From contig CAXNJO010000001.1 of NCBI GenBank assembly GCA_964202905.1, positions 96,001-160,000 on the forward strand: DNA of 64,000 bases, in the 5' to 3' direction. The position numbers were made by a program, and so were the translations under genes. Position 1 is the stretch's first letter, and each line of letters starts with the position of its first letter. Shown here one piece after another: positions 9,644 through 22,629 of this stretch. The notes beneath the pieces were generated by a model. The model had not been told where the DNA came from, made no database searches, and worked only from the letters and a program-made list of their open reading frames with translations. The DNA comes from Polyangiales bacterium. GTDB lineage: Bacteria; Myxococcota_A; Polyangia; Polyangiales; JADJQN01.

Positions 9644-11719
9644 TCACGGGCAGTTGTACTGCACCTCGACGCGATCGATGGCCGGGCTGCCGCTGCCATC
9701 CGAGCGCAGCGAGAGCTCGAGCTCGAGGTGCCGCGCCGTGCCCACCGGCCCGGGCGGAAGCGCGAGCTCGGTCACGGGCAGGTCGCGGAACGGCCCGGTC
9801 CACGGGCGCGCCGCGAGATCGGGCACCACCTCCGCCGTGCGCGCGCGCAGCTCCACGCTCGTGCCCGCGGGGACGCTCGCCGACCAGCGCACCTGCTCCC
9901 ACTCCGTCGCGCCCGCCGCGCAGCCCGGGACGATCGTGCGCAGGTAGCCATCGGGCGCCGTGAAGGTGCGGAGCGCGTAGCCCGTGAAGTCCGAGTACGT
10001 GTAGGGCGAAGGGCCCGTCGGGAAGTCGCGCGCGACGCCCGTGCGCGGATCGAGCCGCGTCGCGGTCGCGCTCTCCTGGTTCACGAGCCAGAGCGTGCCG
10101 TCCGAGTCGAGGCCGACGCCCGTCGTGCCCGCGCCAGGCAGCGGCGCGTCAGGGAGCCCGAGCACGCGCAGCACGGCGAGCGAATCCGCGTCGATCACCG
10201 TCACGCGCGAGAGCGGATCGCTGCCGCTCACCGTTCCGTCGGCTCTCGAAGCGCAGCCACTCGTGCGAGGACGCGACGTAGATGCGCCCATCCGCGCTCG
10301 CGGCGATGCCGCGCGTCACGCCCGAGTCCGGCAGCGACACCTCGCGCCACGCGCGCGCCGCCGGGTCGAAGCGGAACGCGTACGGGCACAAAAAGCCCGC
10401 GATCCACACGCGATCGTCGGGGTCGATGGCGATGCCGTAGGAGCCCGAGCAGCCCATCGCGCCGCGGCTCGTGGCCGTCTCGCGGCGCAGCACGCGCCCC
10501 GTCGCCGCCTCGACGCCGAGGATCGTCCCCGTCCCGGCCGACACGAACCACACGCGCCCTGCGCCGTCGGCCGCCGCGCCGTAGGGCTGAAACGCGCCGA
10601 TGCTGCCGCTGCGCAGGTCGATGGTGCGCAGCACGCGGCCGTCGTCCGGATCGAGCTGCACGAGGCGCCGCTCCTTGTGCAGGCCCACCCAGACCGTGCC
10701 CGCCGCGTCGACGGCGATCGCGCGGGGCACGCCGTCGCGCGCGCCGACGTCGACCGTCCAGAGCAGGCACTCGTCGTCCTGCCCGAGGAACTCGCCGGGC
10801 ACGTCGCGCTCGATCACCCCGTCCGCGTCGCGGTCGCGCGAGGTGTCGACGACGCCGTTGCCGTTGCGGTCGACGCAGTCGCTCTCGATCCCCGCGATCT
10901 TCGTGACCGTGCCCTGCCCGAGAAACGCGCGGTTCGCGACGTAGACCGCGCCGCGCAGATCGACCGCCGTTCGCGAGGGGCAGTTGCCGCCCGCGCGCTC
11001 GACGACGCACGCGACGCCCGGGGCGACCGCGCCGTTCGTGCCGTCGCGCAGCACCGCGTCGTACTCGCCGAGCTGGCGGCCATCGCGCGTGTCGAGGCGC
11101 GTGACCGTGCCGAAGAGCGTGTTCGCGATCCACGCCGAGCGCGTCTCGGTCCGCGTCGTCGAGAGCACGAGCGCGCCGTCCGCATCGCGCGCGACGCCGC
11201 GCGCGTCGCCGTCGACGTCCCACGGCGCATCCCCCGGCACGGGCACGCGGCGGCAGCCCGGGCGGCAGTCGTCGCACTCGGAGCGCACGCCCTCGTCGAC
11301 GCGCCCGTCGCAGTTTTGATCGCGGTCGTCGCAGATCTCCGCAACGCCCGGCGCGATGCCCGGATCGCCGTCGTCGCAGTCGCCCGCGCACGCCGCGACG
11401 CCGTCGCCATCCGCGTCGCGCGCGGGATCGCCCGCCGGGCAGGCGTCCGCCGCGGCGTCGCGCACGTCGACCGATGGTCGCCGTCGATCGCGCCATCCTC
11501 GTCGCCGGACGCGCCGTCCATCCCAGCGCCCCCGTCACGCAGGCCCCCATCACGCGCGGCGCCATCGCGGGCGCCACCATCGCGCGGACGCGCCTCGACG
11601 CCGGTGCGCGCGCCGCACGCAGAGAGTGCACACAGCAGCGCGACGAGAGGCCCGGGACGCGCGACGCCGCCGACCTGACGAGACGGCCAGCCGGCTGACC
11701 GTGGCGCGCACGCGCTCAT
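9644..11719 (-). pseudogene. Lipoprotein with MopE-like repeat, Vgb/YncE-like beta-propeller and C-terminal beta-domain; two apparent frameshifts (~11470, ~10240)
   Basis: ATG overlaps upstream stop (ATGA); lipobox LSAC in one frame, WIANT/PSRTAVD propeller in ORF 10149-11465, PYTYSDFTG C-terminus in ORF 9644-10291; collinear with intact paralogue 11716-13569. Confidence 0.75.
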
Positions 11720-13569
11720 CCGATCACGTCGCACTGCTTGCTCACCTGCACCTCGATGCTGCGCACCCGCGGGCTCACGGTGGCCGTCCCGCGCGCGCGC
11801 CAGGCGCCGAGCTCGAGGCTCACCTCGAGCAGCGCCCCCGGCGTGACCCCCGCATCCATGAGCGCCGCGGCGATGTCGACGGGCGACGCGTCGTCCGGCA
11901 CCTCGGCGACGCGCACCCAGGGCTGCGCCATCAGCGCGCCGAGCGTGTCGGCGGAGCGCACGCGAATCTGCAGCGACGCCCCCATCGGCACGTCCGCGTC
12001 GAAGCGCAGCGTGCCCCAGCGCGTGGGGCCCTCGGGCGCGCCGGGGCAGGCATCGATCACGCGACGGTAGTAGCCCGTGAGGCTCGTCGCGAGCCGCAGC
12101 TGCTGGCCCGTCATGTCCGAGTACGTGTACGGCTGCACGAGCACGGGCACGACGTTCGTCCACACGGTGAAGGCGTCGATCGCCGCGCCGGGCACGACCA
12201 CGGTCGCGTTGTCGCCCTGCTGGTTGATCGCCCAGACCTTGCCGTCGTCGTCGACGGCGACGCCCTTCGCCGAGAGGCCGATGGACACGGGGACCACCGC
12301 GAAACGGCGCGGATCTTCGGCATCGATCCGCACGAGGCCCGTCTCCATCCCGGCACCCCAGACGTTGCCGCGGCCATCCGCTGCAATGCCGTGCACGAAG
12401 AGCCCGGCGGCGGCCGACCGCCACCGCGCGCCGACCGGCGCCATCGGATCGTAGCGGCGCGGCGTCGAGCCACCGCCGAGCCAGACGCGCTGCCGCGCGT
12501 CGACCGTGATGCCGTACATGCCGTCGACGACGGGGATGGCCTGCTGCACGCATGCGTCGCCGCCGGCCTCGGGGCATGGCGCGACGTCGCAGCTGGCGGC
12601 GTCGAGACAGCGCGAGACGTCGATGCGCCCGAGCGAGCCCTCGGTCGTCGCGACCCAGAGGTTGTCGCGGCCGTCGAAGGCGAAGCCGTAGGGCGAGCCG
12701 GGAAGCCGCGCCGTGAAGAGCACGCGGCCCGTCGCCGCGTCGAGCTTCGCGACACGCTGCGCGTCGAAGATTCCCACCCAGACCGACTCGACGAGCTCAC
12801 CATCCGGGCCGCGCTCGACGTGTGCGGCCACCGCGCGGGCGACGCCGCCGGGCAGCGGTGTGTTCCAAAGCACGCAGTCGTCGTCGCCCCACGCGAGCAC
12901 ATTGCCACCATCACGCGAGGTGGTGACGACGCCATCGCCGTTCGTGTCCGGACACGCCGCGCCGAGGAGCGAGATGCGCGTGACGCTCATCCCGCCCCGG
13001 TTGGCGACGTAGACGTCGCCCGAGACACCGACCGAGGTGCGCGAGGGGTCGTTGGCCAGTCCGAGCGGCCCGGTGCGGTAGCGCGCGACCTCCTCGAAGG
13101 TGCGCGTGTCGACCTTCGAGACGGTGCCCTCCGCGGTGTTCGCGATCCAGATCAGGTGGAACGCGGGGAAGGTCTGCGGCGCGAGGACGAGGGCGCCCAT
13201 CGCGTCGACGGTCACGCCCACGCTCGGATCGGTCGCGGGATCGAAGCCCGCGCTGCCCGGAACGTCGCGGACCCGACAGCGCGTGTCGCAATCGCCGCAG
13301 GCCGAGCGCACGCCCTCGTCCGTCTCCCCATCGCAGTCGTTGTCGCGGCCGTCGCAGACCTCGTTCCCGGTCTGGGCCGGGTTGGTGTCGTCGCAGTCCG
13401 GCCCCGCGGCGCACATCGCGCCGAAGCCGTCCCCGTCGCCGTCGACGCAGCCGCCGAGATCGAAGCCCGCGTCGACCGCGGGCGGGGGAGTCCCGCCGCT
13501 CCGCGTCGTGCAGGCGGCGAACGTCCCGAGCAGGGCAGAAGCGAGCAGGAGCCGAGGTGCGTGGCGCAT
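11716..13569 (-). CDS. Lipoprotein with MopE-like repeat, beta-propeller (PYTYSDMTG family) and C-terminal beta-domain
   Basis: MRHAPRLLLASALLGTFAAC lipobox; CDDTNP..EVCDGRDNDCDG; IWIANTAEGTVSKVD, DPSRTSV, DTNGDG, PYTYSDMTG. Confidence 0.82.
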   Translation of the reverse strand: MRHAPRLLLASALLGTFAACTTRSGGTPPPAVDAGFDLGGCVDGDGDGFGAMCAAGPDCDDTNPAQTGNEVCDGRDNDCDGETDEGVRSACGDCDTRCRVRDVPGSAGFDPATDPSVGVTVDAMGALVLAPQTFPAFHLIWIANTAEGTVSKVDTRTFEEVARYRTGPLGLANDPSRTSVGVSGDVYVANRGGMSVTRISLLGAACPDTNGDGVVTTSRDGGNVLAWGDDDCVLWNTPLPGGVARAVAAHVERGPDGELVESVWVGIFDAQRVAKLDAATGRVLFTARLPGSPYGFAFDGRDNLWVATTEGSLGRIDVSRCLDAASCDVAPCPEAGGDACVQQAIPVVDGMYGITVDARQRVWLGGGSTPRRYDPMAPVGARWRSAAAGLFVHGIAADGRGNVWGAGMETGLVRIDAEDPRRFAVVPVSIGLSAKGVAVDDDGKVWAINQQGDNATVVVPGAAIDAFTVWTNVVPVLVQPYTYSDMTGQQLRLATSLTGYYRRVIDACPGAPEGPTRWGTLRFDADVPMGASLQIRVRSADTLGALMAQPWVRVAEVPDDASPVDIAAALMDAGVTPGALLEVSLELGAWRARGTATVSPRVRSIEVQVSKQCDVIG

Positions 13570-13577
13570 CGTGTCCC

Positions 13578-15844
13578 TCAGAGCGGCGTGAAGAAGGGCG
13601 TGAGGCGAACCGAGGGCGTCGCGCGCGCGGCGTCGACGAGGACGGAATATGTCCCTGCCTCGAGCGCGCCCGAGTACGCCGCGGGCATCGCGAAGACACA
13701 CGCGATGGGCGCGGGATCCGCGCAGACGCGCTGCACGAGCAGCGCGACCGGCGCACCGTCGGAGGCCACGGCGATGAGATCGACCTGCTGCGGCTCGGTG
13801 AGCGTGAACGTGTAGAACGCGTCGTTTCCGCCGGCGTAGTCGCAGGCGGGGCTCGCGTCGTCCGAGAAGAGCCCGGGCACCATGGTCTCCGCGCGGCCGT
13901 TCACCAGGGGCAGCGCGCCCGCGCAGAGGTCGTTGACGGCGACGGGGGTCGGCGGCGCGAGCGTGAGGCGCGCCGTGAGCGAGCCCTCCCCGAGACCGGT
14001 CGCGAACACGAGATACCAGGTGCCTGCAGGGAGCGAGCGCCACGTGCGCGTGATGCGCGCCGCGTCGTCGCGGAGCGTGCAGGTGCGGGTGTCACCGGGC
14101 TCCCCGCAACGCGCGGTGAGCGCGAGCGCGGGGATGTCGAGGGTGCCCGCCGCGTCGGGCGCGGCGAGCGTGAACGTGACGTCCTGCGTCTCGGTGGTCG
14201 TGAAGACGTAGACGACGTCGCGCGCGAAGGGCGTCCGGTCGCTGGAGCAGGAGACGCCCACGTCGTAGGCGAGCGGCGTGAGCGCGACGCTCTCGTCGAC
14301 CCCGGGCACGAGCGGGATCGCCGTGCCGCACGCGTCGCCGCGCGGCGGGGTCACGGGATCGCCGACGCGCACGTCGAGCACGAGCGCATCGGAGGCCGCC
14401 GCAGCCATCCCGCTCCCCGCCGGCTCGACGAGGACGAAATAGGTCCCTGCGGGCAGCGCGCGCCGTGTGATGACGGGCTCGTGCGCGGGGTTGAAGGGCA
14501 CGCACGCGACCGCCCCTAGTCGGGTCGGCGCAATCGCGCAGGAGCGCGAACGCGCCCGCGCCGCGCAGCGCGATCCGCACATCCTTCGGCGCGTCGAGCG
14601 TGAGCCGGTAGGCGGCATCCGGCGCCGCGCCTGCGCCCGCGGCGCCGCACGGCGACGCCGTAGTCGTCGAGCACGTCCGAGCGGTACGCGGAGAACGAGT
14701 TCCGCCGCCGCCCACCTCGAGCGTGTCCGGTCCACAGACGTCGATGGGCGGGGCGACCGTCGGTGGTCCGACGTCGAGCGTGAGCGCGAACGTCGTGATT
14801 TCGGCGGTCGCCACGATGACCGCGTAGTCCCCGGCCGGCAGGCTGCGCGCACGCACGCGATCGCCCGGATCGCACACGATCGGACGCAGCACGGGGCCGG
14901 TCTCGCATTCGTCCCAGCGCCGCAGCGCGACGGCCGCCGCGGAGTCGCTCGTGACGAGCGTCGCCCGCACGGCGACGAGCACGTCCGCCGGCTCGGTGAG
15001 GGTGAAGCGGAACACCGCGTCGGCCACGGACGCGAAGTAGGACCCGGGCGCGATGCCCGACGCACACTCGATCACGTAGTCCTCGTCGAGCCCGCGCGTC
15101 GCGCCGACGTACGTGCCCGAACTGGGCAGGACGCGCGCCGTCGCGCAGTCGTCGTTGGTCGGCGTGCACGCGACGCTCTCGGCGTCGGTCACGCCGTCGC
15201 AGTCGTCGTCGAGCCCGTTGTCGCAGACCTCGGTGCGCCCCGGCGCCACGCCCGCGCCGCCGCGCGCGGGGTCGTCGAGGCAATCGAGCCCGCCGCAGAA
15301 GCCGTCGCCGAAGCCGTCTCCGTCACGGTCGCGTGGCTCGCTGAGACAGCCGAGCGCGGACTCGCAGGTGTCCGTCGTGCAGTCGTCGCCGTCGTCGCAG
15401 ACGGGGGGCGCGCCCGGCTGGCAGCCGCGCGCGACGTCGCAACGCTCGCGCCCGTTGCACGCGTCCGCGTCGTCGCAGCGCGCGGCGTCCGGTGTGTGCG
15501 TGCAGGCGCGCAGCGGCTCGTCACAGGTGTCGGTCGTGCAGTCGTGCGGATCGGCACACGGCGCCGTGCCCGCGACGCAGACGCCCTCCGCGCAGCGCTC
15601 CGAACCGTTGCAGTAGCAACCATCGTCGCAGTCGCTGATCACGGCGCACGCCGCGCCGACCGGCACGCGCGCGCGACACACGGACGCGTCGACGCCCGCC
15701 TCCGTGGCGGCGTCCATGAATGCGTCCGGAGCACCGCCATCCCCAGGCGCGACGACCTTCGTCACCGCAGCCCGACGTCGCGACGCACGCCAGCAGCAGG
15801 AGCACCCCGAGAGACGGCGCGTGGTGACGCGCGTGCAGACGCAT
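13578..15844 (-). pseudogene. Cys-rich lipoprotein: CDDGxxCT repeats, MopE-like repeat and about four PPC-like beta-sandwich repeats; about four apparent frameshifts (~15745, ~14700, ~14650, ~14515)
   Basis: Signal/lipobox TSGC in ORF 15521-16045, body in 14092-15957, short piece (DVLDDYGVA) in 14516-15283, C-terminus in 13578-15065; repeated DxxY/FxFTL...LPAGxY. Confidence 0.7.
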
Positions 15845-15985
15845 GCGAGGAGCTTCGCCGCTCGCGACGAGCGCCGCAAGACACCCCGGCGCGGCGCGCG
15901 GTCGCAGGTCGCACGCTGCGTGCGCGGACGCGGGCTCCGTGCCGCGCGAGGTCCCACGCACGCGCGGTGTTACGCTCGCGCGCCG

Positions 15986-17191
15986 ATGAACCCCGCATAT
16001 CTCCAGCAATTCACGCTCGACCCGGCGATCCGATTTCTGAATCACGGTTCATTCGGCGCCTGCCCGCGCGCCGTGCAGGAGGCGCAGAGCGATTGGCGCG
16101 CGCGGCTCGAGCGCGAGCCCGTGCAGTTTCTGGTGCGGCACCTCGAGCCCCTGCTCGACGCGGCGCGCGCGGCCCTCGCCGCGTTCGTCGGCGCCGACCC
16201 GGAGGGCCTCGTCTTCGTGACGAACGCGAGCATGGGCGTCGCGACCGCGCTCGCGGCGCTCGACGATCTCGCGCCCGGCGACGCGCTGCTCGTCACCGAC
16301 CACGGCTACAACGCGTGCCGCAACGCGATCGAGCGCACGGCCGCGCGCGCAGGCGCCGTCGTCCAGGTCGCACGCCTGCCCTTCCCCGACGTCGACGAGG
16401 ACGCGCTCGTCGAGGCCGTGCTCGCCGCGGTCACGCCCCGCACGCGCTACGCGCTCCTCGACCACGTCACGAGCCCGACCGCGCTCGTACTCCCGATCGC
16501 GCGGCTCGTCGCGTCGCTCCGCGCGCGCGGCGTCGAGACGATCGTCGACGGCGCGCACGCGCCCGGCATGCTGCCGCTCGACGTCGCGGCGATCGACGCC
16601 GCCTGGTACACGGGCAACTGCCACAAGTGGATCGCCGCGCCGAAGGGCGCCGCGTTCCTGTCCACCCGCGCCGACCTGCGCGCGCGCACGTTGCCGCTCG
16701 TGACGAGCCACGGCGCGAACTCGCCGCGCACCGAGCGCAGCCGCTACCTGCTCGAGCACGACTGGTGCGGCACCCACGACCCGAGCGCGGTGCTCACGAT
16801 CCCCACGGCGCTCCTCACGATGGGCGCGCTGCTCCCCGGCGGCTTCCCCGCGCTCATGGACCACAACCGCGCGCTCGCGCTCGAGGGGCGCGCGATCCTC
16901 GTCGAGTCCCTCCGCATCACCGAGCCGCTGCCGCCGCCCGCGCTGCTCGGCGCGATGGCGACGCTGCCCCTGCCGAAGAGCGCGTGGGACGCCGCGCCGC
17001 CGACACCGGGCGACCCACTCGATCCGCTGCAGCGCGCGCTCCACGACGCGCACCGCATCGAGGTGCCGATCATCCCCTGGCCCGCGCTGGGTCGGCGCTT
17101 CGTGCGTGTCAGCGGCCAGATCTACAACGACGTCTCCGACTACCACGCGCTCGCGGACGCGCTGCGCTCCCTCGGCGCGATCCCGGCCTGA
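15986..17191 (+). CDS. Class V PLP-dependent enzyme (isopenicillin N epimerase/CefD-like or C-S lyase)
   Basis: FLNHGSFGACP, DHVTSPTA, VDGAHAPG, GNCHKW (PLP Lys), RVSGQIYN. Confidence 0.85.
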   Translation: MNPAYLQQFTLDPAIRFLNHGSFGACPRAVQEAQSDWRARLEREPVQFLVRHLEPLLDAARAALAAFVGADPEGLVFVTNASMGVATALAALDDLAPGDALLVTDHGYNACRNAIERTAARAGAVVQVARLPFPDVDEDALVEAVLAAVTPRTRYALLDHVTSPTALVLPIARLVASLRARGVETIVDGAHAPGMLPLDVAAIDAAWYTGNCHKWIAAPKGAAFLSTRADLRARTLPLVTSHGANSPRTERSRYLLEHDWCGTHDPSAVLTIPTALLTMGALLPGGFPALMDHNRALALEGRAILVESLRITEPLPPPALLGAMATLPLPKSAWDAAPPTPGDPLDPLQRALHDAHRIEVPIIPWPALGRRFVRVSGQIYNDVSDYHALADALRSLGAIPA

Positions 17192-17245
17192 CGCGTCGTC
17201 CGGATTCGGCGCAGCATCCGCCGTCCTCGGCGCGGAGGGCGCCGT

Positions 17246-17920
17246 CTACGGCGCGACGGGCACGCGCCCGTCGAGCGCGCGCACTGCCGCGACGACATCC
17301 CCCGGATGGTCGACGGTGGCCTCGGCGCCGGCCTCGTTCAGCTCGGCGAGCGAGCCGTAGCCGTACGTCACGCCGAGCGCGCGGACGCCGTTCGCGCGCG
17401 CGCCGCGCACATCGTGCTCGCGATCCCCGACCATCAGCACGCGCTCGGGCGCGAGTCTCTCGGTGTCGAGCAGGTGCGCGAGGAGGGCGTCCTTGTGGTC
17501 GTTGCGCCCGTCGAGCTCGGCGCCGTAGACGCGCTCGAAGTGCGGCGCGAGCTCGAAGTGCGCGACGATGCGCTCGGCGACGACGCGCGGCTTGCTCGTC
17601 GCGACGAAGAGGCGGCGCCCCTCGTCGCGGAGCGCGCGGAGCATCTCGGGCACGCCCTCGTAGCGCACGTTCTCGAAGAGCCCGAGGGTGCCGTAGCGCT
17701 CGCGGTAGGCCGCGACGGCGGCCTCGACGCGCACGACGTCGTCCGTGCCGAGCAGCTTCGGGAACGACACGCGCAGCGGCGGGCCGATGCACCAACGCAG
17801 CGCGGGTTGCTCGGGCGCGTCGACGCCGAGCGCGACGAGCGCATGGCGGATCGAGCGCGTGATTCCCTCGAACGGATCGGTGAGCGTCCCGTCGAGATCG
17901 AAGAGGATCGTGTGGTGCAC
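17246..17920 (-). CDS. HAD-superfamily hydrolase (phosphoglycolate phosphatase/5'-nucleotidase-like)
   Basis: [34 protein letters not shown]. Confidence 0.9.
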   Translation of the reverse strand: MHHTILFDLDGTLTDPFEGITRSIRHALVALGVDAPEQPALRWCIGPPLRVSFPKLLGTDDVVRVEAAVAAYRERYGTLGLFENVRYEGVPEMLRALRDEGRRLFVATSKPRVVAERIVAHFELAPHFERVYGAELDGRNDHKDALLAHLLDTERLAPERVLMVGDREHDVRGARANGVRALGVTYGYGSLAELNEAGAEATVDHPGDVVAAVRALDGRVPVAP

Positions 17921-17936
17921 GTCGCCCGCCCCTGCT

Positions 17937-17968
17937 CCGCTGCGTGTCTGCCCCGCTGCGTGTCTGCC
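17937..17968. repeat. Perfect 16-bp tandem duplication
   Basis: CCGCTGCGTGTCTGCC x2 between gyrB and the HAD gene. Confidence 0.8.
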
Positions 17969-17998
17969 GCGCCTCGTGAGTCGTGCCGTGCGGTGCGC

Positions 17999-20643
<2,645 letters not shown>

Positions 20644-20701
20644 CGACATCGCGCTCCGCACGTGGGCGGCGCAGGGCCGGCCTGCCCCCGACCCCCCGCG
20701 G

Positions 20702-21292
20702 CTACTCGCCGCCGAGGGCGAAGCCCTGCAGCCGCGCGACCACCCGCAGCGGGGCCTCGCGCAGGTCGAGCGCCATGCTCGTGTCGATGAGCACGGGGCC
20801 GACGTCGGGGCAGTACACGGTGCGGATCGCGCGCCCCGCGTCGCCGCCCTCTTCGGTGATCTCGACGCAGCCCTCGAAGTCGCCCGCGCCCGTGGAGGCG
20901 CGCGCCTCGACGGAGGTCACCGTGGCCGTCATGCCGCCGGTGCTCGGCCAGCTCGCGCCCGGCTCGAGCGGCGCGCGCAGCAGCCAGGTGCCGTTGCCGG
21001 GGCGGAAGATGCCCTCGGGCCGGAGGTCGTAGACGGTCGGGCTCCCACCGCCGCCCGGCGACACCTCGACGTGCGTCCCGTCGGCGCGCACGACGCGCAT
21101 CACGACGAGCGAGTCGAGGCTCGTGCCGGTGTCGATCTTGTAGCTCCACACGTGGCCCAGACCGAGCGGGTAGAGCCGGCGCGGCGCGCGCACGTCGCCC
21201 GTGGGACGCGCGGCGCCGGGGGACGCGCCGCCGCACGCGGCGAGAAGAAACACGAGCACCGCGAGGGGCGCGAGGCGGAGGGTGGGACGCAT
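20702..21292 (-). CDS. Hypothetical lipoprotein
   Basis: Lipobox LAAC; YPLxxGxxWxY and YCPDVGPV pattern of beta-rich secreted proteins. Confidence 0.8.
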   Translation of the reverse strand: MRPTLRLAPLAVLVFLLAACGGASPGAARPTGDVRAPRRLYPLGLGHVWSYKIDTGTSLDSLVVMRVVRADGTHVEVSPGGGGSPTVYDLRPEGIFRPGNGTWLLRAPLEPGASWPSTGGMTATVTSVEARASTGAGDFEGCVEITEEGGDAGRAIRTVYCPDVGPVLIDTSMALDLREAPLRVVARLQGFALGGE

Positions 21293-21331
21293 GGGTTCGG
21301 CCTCTCGGGGGCGGGCGACACGGCGCGCGCG

Positions 21332-21643
21332 TCAGCGGTCGTAGAGGAGCACCATCGAGACGAGAAAGAGCGCGCAGAGCGCGAGCACGACGATCTGCAC
21401 CGGGTCGATCGCGACGCGCGCGGCGAGGCGCGCGGCTGCGGTGCGCACGGCCTCGCTGCGCGCATCGCGGAGCGGCGCGAGGAGCGCGCGGACGCGGCGG
21501 TGATCGCCGACCTCGAGCGCGCGGCGCGCCTCGTGGAGCGGCGCCCCCTCGCCGTCGCGCGGGACGGACGCCCAGTCGATGTCGTCGAGCGGTGCCGGCG
21601 CGGAGGCCCTGCGCTCGGTCTTCTTGCGGGCGCGCTCTTCCAT
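21332..21643 (-). CDS. Small hypothetical protein with C-terminal TM helix
   Basis: Fills gap, typical codon pattern, hydrophobic C-terminus. Confidence 0.6.
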   Translation of the reverse strand: MEERARKKTERRASAPAPLDDIDWASVPRDGEGAPLHEARRALEVGDHRRVRALLAPLRDARSEAVRTAAARLAARVAIDPVQIVVLALCALFLVSMVLLYDR

Positions 21644-21744
21644 CGCGGAGGCGCAGCGTAGCAGCCCGCGACGCCACGCGCGCGGGGCGGCCGACGCCCT
21701 GCTAGTCTCGCGGCGCGCGACGCGCTGCGAGGAGGGCCGACGAC

Positions 21745-22584
21745 GTGACCGACGTGTTCCGCGGTGGGCTGTACGAGGGCGAGGTGGTGCTCGTGACGGG
21801 CGGGGGCACCGGGATCGGGCTCGACGTCGCGCGTGAGACGGGGCGCCTCGGCGCGAAGGTCGCGCTCTGCGGGCGCCGCCCGGAGCGCCTCGAGGCCGCG
21901 GCCGCCGCGCTCACGGCCGAGGGCCTCACGGTCTATGCGGCCCCGTGCGACATCCGGCAGCCCGAGATGGTCACGGCCTTCGTCGAGCGCGTCTGCGCGG
22001 AGCTCGGCCCGATCAGCGTGCTCGTGAACAACGCGGGCGGGCAGTTCCCGACGACGGCCGAGTCGCTCTCGCCCAAGGGCTTCGAGGCGGTCGTGCGCAA
22101 CAACCTGCTCGGCACGTGGACCATGACGCACGCGGTCGCGACCCGCGCGCTCATCCCGCAAAAGCGCGGCCGCATCGTGAACGTGATCGCCAACGTGCGC
22201 CGCGGCTTCCCCGGCATGGTGCACACGGGCGCCGCGCGCGCGGGCGTCGAGAACATGACCAAGACGCTCGCCGTCGAGTGGGCGCAGCACGGCGTCCGCG
22301 TCAACGCCGTCGCGCCCGGCGTCATCAAGACGAGCGGCACGGATCAGTACCCGCCCGAGCTGCTCGAGATGAGCCGCCGCGCGACGCCGCTCAAGCGCCT
22401 CGGGACCGGCGAGGAGGTCGCGCACCTCATCACCTACCTCGGCTCGCGCGCGGCCGACTTCGTGACCGGGCAGACCTTCACGATCGACGGCGGCGCGTCG
22501 CTCTGGGGCGACACCTGGCTCATCCCGGACGCGCCCGGCGACGCGGGCGGCGCGTCCCTCCCGATCGCGGGCGGCAGCAAGTAG
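21745..22584 (+). CDS. SDR family oxidoreductase (trans-2-enoyl-CoA reductase/citronellol dehydrogenase-like)
   Basis: TGGGTGIG, NNAGGQF, HTGAARAGV, RVNAVAPG, IDGG. Confidence 0.9.
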   Translation: MTDVFRGGLYEGEVVLVTGGGTGIGLDVARETGRLGAKVALCGRRPERLEAAAAALTAEGLTVYAAPCDIRQPEMVTAFVERVCAELGPISVLVNNAGGQFPTTAESLSPKGFEAVVRNNLLGTWTMTHAVATRALIPQKRGRIVNVIANVRRGFPGMVHTGAARAGVENMTKTLAVEWAQHGVRVNAVAPGVIKTSGTDQYPPELLEMSRRATPLKRLGTGEEVAHLITYLGSRAADFVTGQTFTIDGGASLWGDTWLIPDAPGDAGGASLPIAGGSK

Positions 22585-22587
22585 CGA

Positions 22588-22624
22588 GCGCCGCGCAGCG
22601 TCGCGGGAGGCGACGCGCGGCGCG
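22588..22624. terminator. GC-rich hairpin between convergent SDR and tatC genes
   Basis: GCGCCGCGCAGCGTCGC...GCGACGCGCGGCGC; no U-tract. Confidence 0.35.
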
Positions 22625-22629
22625 GGCCG

